Part shown: one piece after another, positions 58,321-64,000 of the stretch
Numbering within the stretch: the first letter of the stretch is position 1
How the letters are laid out: each line of letters starts with the position of its first letter
Assembly: GCA_965197905.1 (NCBI GenBank)
Contig: CBDAOB010000005.1
Location: 448,001-512,000 of the forward strand
Origin: Candidatus Latescibacterota bacterium
GTDB lineage: Bacteria > Latescibacterota > UBA2968 > UBA8231
Direction of reading: 5' to 3'
Length of the DNA: 64,000 nt
Made by a program: the position numbers and the translations under genes
The notes under the pieces: model-generated
What the model saw: the letters and a program-made list of their open reading frames with translations, nothing else
Database searches by the model: none
Told to the model about the DNA's origin: nothing

Positions 58321-60264
58321 GTGCGTTTGAACAGCGACGCACCGTTGAGCCAAAATCGCTCAATTACCCTGCGCGCTTTTCTGCTGGGTCTGATCACATG
58401 CGCCGGGATTCTCTACTTCATCATCCAGGTGGGCCAGGGCTTGAAGTCGGGCAACTTCGTCAAGTCCCAGTACCCCATCGTAGCGTTCATGCCATTCGTG
58501 TTGTGGCTCTTTCTCAATACCTTGCTCAAACGGTTGTGGCCTTTCGTAGCGCTGCGCCAGGGGGAGCTGCTGGCGATCTTTGCCATGCTGTGGGTGGTGG
58601 GTACCATGCCGCAGCTGGGCTGGGCCACCTACTGGACGAGCACCCTAGCGCATCCCGTCTTTCATGCTACGCCGGAGAATCGATATGCCGAACTCCTCCT
58701 GCAGTACCTTCCCTGGCACGTGCTCCCCGACGCGTCACCGAGGGTGACCGAGCGGCTCTGGCTCGGGCTTCCGGAAGGTATGGATATTCCGTGGGACGGG
58801 TGGTACCGTCCCTTGGGACATTGGCTGGCAGTCTCAGTGGCGATGGTTGTGTTCGGATTCTGTCTGATGGTTCTGTTCCAGAAGCAGTGGGAGCACGTGG
58901 AAAAGCTGGCCTTCCCCCTGGCCCAGATGCCGCGGGATTTGACAGAAGGATTCGACGGATCAGGACGCATGCCAGAGTTGTTCCGATCGCGGCTGTTCTG
59001 GATCGGATTCGCCGTGGTTTTCTCGGTTTTCTGCTACAACATCATCACGTATTTCACGCCGGGTATGACGCCGGCCACCATCTACTGGAAGCGCTACAGC
59101 CTGGAATTCGGGGAGTACCACCCGGTGTCGATCCGGATCCAGCCGCTGGTGATGGCGTTTACCTACCTGTGCCCGCTAGACATCCTTGCCAGCCTGATCC
59201 TGTTCTATTTGATCCACATGCTCAAATTCGGATTCATGCAACGATTCGGCGTGGCGCTTGGAGAGGCTGGTCAGGAGCTCCCACCGTGGGAGATTCTGTC
59301 GTTGGAAGCGAACGGCGCTCTTTTCCTGGTGGCAGTGTGGTCGATCTGGATCGCCCGCGGGCACCTAAGCCAGGTCTGGCACCTGGTGAGAACGGGGAGG
59401 GGCGAAAAGCATGAGGTCATTCGCTATCGGCTCGCTCTCGCGGGAATACTGCTATCGGCACTGTTCACGATCGCCTGGGGCGTCAATCTGGGAATGAGCG
59501 CTTCGACGGCGACCCTGGCATTTGGCCTCATCGCCCTATCCTATTTCGTGACGGTGAAGCTGATCGCCGCCACTGGTTTTGGACCCGCTTTTCCGCGTTA
59601 CGAAAAAGGCACCCTGATCGTCGAGGATTTGATCGGCTCAAGCCACCTTTCGCCGCGGGGGTTGGTGGCCTTCGAACTGTTCTCCAGCCCCGCTTTTTTT
59701 GGTGGTGGCCGTATCCAAACCTGGACGACTATTACACACTACCTGCGATTGTTCTCTCTGCGCCGGCAGCCCGTGTGGGTGCCGCTGGCGATTCTGGCGA
59801 CCTTTGTGTTCGGGTTTCTGGTAGCCGTCGGCAATACCATATCACTGGCGTACAACGACGGCGGGGCACTTCACCTCCATGCCCACGGACAGGGGGTGTA
59901 CGACCACATGGTGAGACTTCTGGAGAATCCCAAGTCATCCGATCTGGCAAAGTGGGGAGTTTGGTTGTGGGGCTTTTTCGAAGCGGGCATCCTTGCGTTC
60001 ATGCGCAGTCGTTTCCATTGGTTTCCGTTCCATCCGATCGGATTGGCCCTGCAAAACAGCATCGGCTCCCAACTCTACTGGGTCCCCTTGGCGCTGGTTC
60101 TGGTCGTAAAGGCGATTCTGTTGCGCTATGGTGGTGTTCAGGCATTCGTGGCCGGCAAGCCTTTCTTCTACGGTTTGGGAGTAGCATACGTCGCCGGTGT
60201 CGTCGCTTCCCTTTGCGTCGATCTAGTCTGGTTCCCTGTCGGCCACGTCGTGCACGGGTGGTAG
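58321..60264 (+). CDS. Polytopic inner-membrane protein, DUF6785/DUF6784-like (putative transporter)
   Basis: Many TM helices; ITLRAFLLG, ATPEN, W..W..PL..W, QW...EKL.FPL, W.PFHPIG, KPFFYGL. Confidence 0.7.
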   Translation: MRLNSDAPLSQNRSITLRAFLLGLITCAGILYFIIQVGQGLKSGNFVKSQYPIVAFMPFVLWLFLNTLLKRLWPFVALRQGELLAIFAMLWVVGTMPQLGWATYWTSTLAHPVFHATPENRYAELLLQYLPWHVLPDASPRVTERLWLGLPEGMDIPWDGWYRPLGHWLAVSVAMVVFGFCLMVLFQKQWEHVEKLAFPLAQMPRDLTEGFDGSGRMPELFRSRLFWIGFAVVFSVFCYNIITYFTPGMTPATIYWKRYSLEFGEYHPVSIRIQPLVMAFTYLCPLDILASLILFYLIHMLKFGFMQRFGVALGEAGQELPPWEILSLEANGALFLVAVWSIWIARGHLSQVWHLVRTGRGEKHEVIRYRLALAGILLSALFTIAWGVNLGMSASTATLAFGLIALSYFVTVKLIAATGFGPAFPRYEKGTLIVEDLIGSSHLSPRGLVAFELFSSPAFFGGGRIQTWTTITHYLRLFSLRRQPVWVPLAILATFVFGFLVAVGNTISLAYNDGGALHLHAHGQGVYDHMVRLLENPKSSDLAKWGVWLWGFFEAGILAFMRSRFHWFPFHPIGLALQNSIGSQLYWVPLALVLVVKAILLRYGGVQAFVAGKPFFYGLGVAYVAGVVASLCVDLVWFPVGHVVHGW

Positions 60265-60303
60265 GCTTCGCGTCAATGAGGTGTCTATCGAGTCTGCGTG
60301 ACG

Positions 60304-61824
60304 CTAGGCGAAGCGGTAGCCAAAAATCTTGGCGCTACAAAGCCGAATGCGCAGCTGCAGGTCCTTGCCCTCCAGTTCGGAAAGATTCTCTTTGCCCTTC
60401 CAACGGCAGCACGTCCAGATCTCGTCGCCGCGAATCGGAACGTGATCGTCGAAGGTGAATCCCACCACCGGCTTACTGACGCGGCGGTCCACCGCTTCCC
60501 ACAGCTCCACTTCCACGCTGCCCACCTGTTTGGTGCGGGCATTGATCTCGATATGACCGCCCTCGTACGTCACCCGTTGAGTGAAGAACTCGCCCTGGCT
60601 CGCGGCTTCGATGCCCGCCAGCCGACCCTCCTCCCACATAGCCCAGGCGAAACGCGCCGGGGACTCAATGTCTTCGTAGAATTGCCTGAAGCTCTCGTTG
60701 TGGGTCTCGCCCTCTCCTCGGTACGGCATCGCCAGAACGCCGTCCGGCAAACGGACGAGGTTGGGACACATGTAGACGGCGCCGCTGTCCCATTCCCCCA
60801 ACCTGCCTGGCTCCACGATCGGCTCATACGAGACCCAGTTGAACAACTTGCCGTCCGGACTGGTTGCCAGCCGGGTGTCCACCAGATCGCTGTCGTGATG
60901 ATAGATGGCTGAAAACAGGAACTTGACGGAGGGGTCGTCTGGGTACCAGGTAAACCCGTTGGTGTAGTAGTCGTCTGCTGGCGAGTCCATCGGCGTCGGA
61001 CAGATAACGACCTGGGCGGCGGGCCATTGGCGAAAGTCATCCGTCTCGCTGCGGCTTATCGCTCTGCCGTTCAATTTGCCTCGAACGAAGGCGACGTACT
61101 TCTTCAAGGTCGGATCCCAGCAACCGACGTTATGGGTGTCGTGGAAATCTCGCAGGAGCGGCTCGGGTAGTCGCGTCCAGTGATACCCGTCGGCGGAAAC
61201 ACAGCCGTACAAGCCGTATTTGAATTGAGGCTCGGTATCCTCAGGAACGTCGTGCAATCTGTCCCAGTGGAACGCCTTGTAGCGTTCGTCGGCAGGACCC
61301 GAATCGTCCCGGAATACGGCGGAAGAACCGCCATAGGGCGACACTATGTTGTTGGTTTTCGCTCCGCCGAAGGTGAAGATACCGAGTGAAGGCTTGACCC
61401 AATGTAAACCGTCTTCGCTTTCGGCGTAACACAACGCACCGCTACCGAAGTCCATCTCCTGCTCGCCGGCCATCACACGTCTGGCATCAGCCGCATCTTC
61501 CTTAGGGAATTTCACCAAGTACCAGCACCGAAACTTGCCATCTTCCTCGATTACGGTAAGCCAATTGATCGAGTCCTCCCACGGCTGATCAGCTTCCAGC
61601 CAGGGCGCCGACTTCGTGGCCTTTTCCACCGCGATCTGGACGCCGAAGGGGATCCTTAGGCGTTTCATCCCGTGACCGGAAAAGTCGCGATAGATGTCCC
61701 ACTCGCGCTCGTACCTCTCGACGAACTCCTTGCCCGCCTTCGACAGTCGATCGGCATCCAGGGTCACATCCATACGTCCCTTGTCCACGTGAACCCAGTC
61801 CAGAAAGAAGTAGGTGTTTCCCAT
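60304..61824 (-). CDS. Beta-propeller hydrolase-like protein, paralog of 45870-47366
   Basis: FLDW..V..G, CYAESEDGLHWVKP.LG, ERYK, SADGYHW, DTHN, SPDGKLF. Confidence 0.65.
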   Translation of the reverse strand: MGNTYFFLDWVHVDKGRMDVTLDADRLSKAGKEFVERYEREWDIYRDFSGHGMKRLRIPFGVQIAVEKATKSAPWLEADQPWEDSINWLTVIEEDGKFRCWYLVKFPKEDAADARRVMAGEQEMDFGSGALCYAESEDGLHWVKPSLGIFTFGGAKTNNIVSPYGGSSAVFRDDSGPADERYKAFHWDRLHDVPEDTEPQFKYGLYGCVSADGYHWTRLPEPLLRDFHDTHNVGCWDPTLKKYVAFVRGKLNGRAISRSETDDFRQWPAAQVVICPTPMDSPADDYYTNGFTWYPDDPSVKFLFSAIYHHDSDLVDTRLATSPDGKLFNWVSYEPIVEPGRLGEWDSGAVYMCPNLVRLPDGVLAMPYRGEGETHNESFRQFYEDIESPARFAWAMWEEGRLAGIEAASQGEFFTQRVTYEGGHIEINARTKQVGSVEVELWEAVDRRVSKPVVGFTFDDHVPIRGDEIWTCCRWKGKENLSELEGKDLQLRIRLCSAKIFGYRFA

Positions 61825-61902
61825 ATCTGATTCTCGCTTTTTTCGAGGTGTTGAGCACGGTACAGCTGAAAAGTTAGATTATATCGAATACGTAGTAAGT
61901 CA

Positions 61903-62210
61903 ATGAATGGGCCTTGCTTCGCGGGCACCACGCTGTGGCTGGACGCTCCGTCTTACGGATATACCTTCCTGGACGATCCCCGATTCTTTGAGAACTTCGG
62001 AGGTTTTGAGCCGGACGACACACAGCTCCGTCGGCGCCTCGATTTCAGTATCGATGAGCCGGATGCACTACACCCCTGCGTTTGGATCAATGGGAGATTT
62101 GGCCGCAATTCAAACTGCCCTATTTGAAGTTGATCGACGCGGATGCGGACCACCTCAACATCTTCGTCGGCGCGCTCATCGGGTTCACCTAATACGGGGT
62201 ACTCTTTTGA
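61903..62210 (+). pseudogene. Heavily eroded second remnant of the outer-membrane protein gene
   Basis: Patches YTFLD, TQ.RRRLDF, PQFKL..LKLID.DAD, LNIFV.ALIGFT*YGVL match 57.8-58.3 kb and paralog 3. Confidence 0.75.
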
Positions 62211-62211
62211 G

Positions 62212-64000
62212 GTGCGTTTGAACAGCGATGCACCTTTGAGCCAGCATCGCTCAATCACCCTGCGCGCCTTTCTGTTGGGGCTGCTCACCTGCGCCGGGAT
62301 TCTCTACTTCATCATCCAGGTGGGCCAGGGCATGAAGTCGGGCAGCTTCGTCAAGTCCCAATACCCCATCGTGGCGTTCATGCCGTTCGTGCTGTGGTTG
62401 TTCCTCAACACCGCGCTCAAGCGGCTGTGGCCCTTCGTGGCCCTGCGCCAGGGAGAGCTGCTGGCGATCTTTGCCATGCTCTGGGTGGTGGGTACCATGC
62501 CGCAGCTGGGCTGGGTCACCTACTGGACGAGCACAGTAGCGGGTCCCGCGTACCACGCGACGCCCGAGAACAGATGGGCAGACCTGCTCTACGACTACAT
62601 CCCCTGGCACGTGTTGCCGGATACTTCGCAGCGGGTCACCGAACTCCTCTGGTTGGGCTTGCCGGAGGGCATGGAGATTCCTTGGGACGGCTGGATCCGT
62701 CCCATCTTCCATTGGCTTGGTGTGTCGGTTGCGATGGTCATCTTCGGCTTCTGTCTGATGATGCTCTTTCAGAAGCAGTGGCAGGATGGCGAGAAGTTGA
62801 ATTTTCCACTGGCGATGATGCCGCGAGACCTGACGCAGGGATTCGACGGTGAAGGCAGGATGCCGGAGATCTTCCGCTCGCGCCTGTTCTGGATCGGCTT
62901 TTTGGTGGTTTTCCTGGTCTACGCCTACAACATAGTCACCTATTTCACGCCGGGGATGACGGCGACCACCATCTACCTGGAACGCTATGACTGGGAGCTC
63001 GGAGAGTTCCATTCGGTGATCATTCGGGTTCAGCCATTGGTGATGGCGTTCACCTACCTGTGCCCGGTGGATATCCTCGCCAGCCTGATTCTGATCTACC
63101 TGATCTACATGCTGAAATACGGTTTCATGCGGCGATTCGGCGTGGCGATCGGGGAAGAGGGTCAGGAGCTCAAATCGTGGGAAATCCTGTCGCTGGAGGC
63201 GAACGGCGCGCTCTTTCTGATCGCGTTCTGGTCCATCTGGCTTGCCCGCGGCCACCTGCGTCGGGCCTGGCGATCGGCACGGTTCGGCGAGGGAGCTGAT
63301 GTGGATGTGACGCGGTATCGGTGGGCGATCGTCGGCATGGTTCTTTCGGCGATCTTTGTTATCGGCTGGGGGGTCAGTATCGGCATGGACATCGGTACGG
63401 CGACGCTTGCGTTCACCCTGATCGCTCTGACCTATTTCGTCACGGTCAAGCTGATCGCCGCCACCGGCTTTGGTCCCACCTTTCCCAAAGACTCCAAGGG
63501 GATACTGATCGTCGAGGATCTGATCGGTTCCAGCCAACTTGCCCCGCGCAGTCTGGTGGCGTTCAAGATATTCTCCAGTCACGCTTTCTTTGGCGGCGGG
63601 CGAGTACAGGCATGGAACGCGATCGCCCACCATCTTCATCTGTTCTCGGTGTCTCGCCAACCGATCTGGGTTCCGACGCTGATCGTGGCGACCTTCGCCT
63701 TCGGATTCCTAGTAGCCGCCGGCAACACGATCTCGCTGGCCTACCACGAAAGCGGATCGCTCTACCTCTACAACGCCGGGCACGAGATCTACGACCAGAT
63801 GGTGAAGCTGCTCGACAATCCGAAATCCTCCGGTCTGGCGACGCGGGGGGTATGGCTCTGGGGGTTCTTCGAGGCAGGGGCTCTGGCGTTCATTCGCAGC
63901 CGTTTCCACTGGTTTCCCTTCCACCCGATCGGTATCGCACTGCAGACCAGCCTAGGCAGCGCGGTTTACTGGTTCAGCCTGCTTCTCGTGCTGATTGCAA
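62212..64000 (+). CDS. Second DUF6785-like membrane protein (3' partial)
   Basis: Collinear with 58321-60264, frame open to the window end. Confidence 0.75.
   Translation, partial: MRLNSDAPLSQHRSITLRAFLLGLLTCAGILYFIIQVGQGMKSGSFVKSQYPIVAFMPFVLWLFLNTALKRLWPFVALRQGELLAIFAMLWVVGTMPQLGWVTYWTSTVAGPAYHATPENRWADLLYDYIPWHVLPDTSQRVTELLWLGLPEGMEIPWDGWIRPIFHWLGVSVAMVIFGFCLMMLFQKQWQDGEKLNFPLAMMPRDLTQGFDGEGRMPEIFRSRLFWIGFLVVFLVYAYNIVTYFTPGMTATTIYLERYDWELGEFHSVIIRVQPLVMAFTYLCPVDILASLILIYLIYMLKYGFMRRFGVAIGEEGQELKSWEILSLEANGALFLIAFWSIWLARGHLRRAWRSARFGEGADVDVTRYRWAIVGMVLSAIFVIGWGVSIGMDIGTATLAFTLIALTYFVTVKLIAATGFGPTFPKDSKGILIVEDLIGSSQLAPRSLVAFKIFSSHAFFGGGRVQAWNAIAHHLHLFSVSRQPIWVPTLIVATFAFGFLVAAGNTISLAYHESGSLYLYNAGHEIYDQMVKLLDNPKSSGLATRGVWLWGFFEAGALAFIRSRFHWFPFHPIGIALQTSLGSAVYWFSLLLVLIA

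Larger units (their letters stand above)
58262..64000 (+). repeat. Direct duplication with a 3891-bp offset: about 58262-60110 versus 62153-64000
   Basis: Near-identical 5' sequence (CCTCAACATCTTCGTC...TGAGGTGCGTTTGAACAGCGA...), more diverged downstream. Confidence 0.85.

Noticed and set aside
62251..63660. 469-aa minus-strand ORF and other long antisense ORFs (e.g. 42344-43387, 44329-45396, 4208-5134)
   Set aside because: Shadows of GC-rich plus-strand genes with no recognisable motifs

Overview
GC-rich bacterial chromosomal window. The gene repertoire (FlgD-Ig-tailed secreted proteins, FGE-sulfatase-domain proteins, DUF4159, DUF6785-like membrane proteins, many orphan beta-propeller hydrolases) resembles Latescibacterota/Poribacteria-type genomes; this assignment is an inference. 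1-22 kb holds catabolic enzymes and two-component signalling genes. The centrepiece (23-44 kb) is an intact cell-envelope locus: an exbB-exbD-exbD operon divergent from a ~19 kb operon. That operon encodes two discoidin/FlgD-Ig paralogs, three ~920-990 aa predicted outer-membrane proteins sharing an acidic Ca-binding-like cassette, a 1085-aa TPR protein, a membrane-anchored DUF4159 protein and a lipoprotein with a TonB-C-like tail. 44-64 kb holds hydrolases, an oxidoreductase and two copies of a module made of a decayed outer-membrane-protein gene followed by an intact polytopic membrane protein. Several flanking genes carry frameshifts, a nonsense codon or large internal deletions. No rRNA, tRNA, CRISPR array or mobile element was recognised. 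All family calls come from motif recognition by eye, not database searches.
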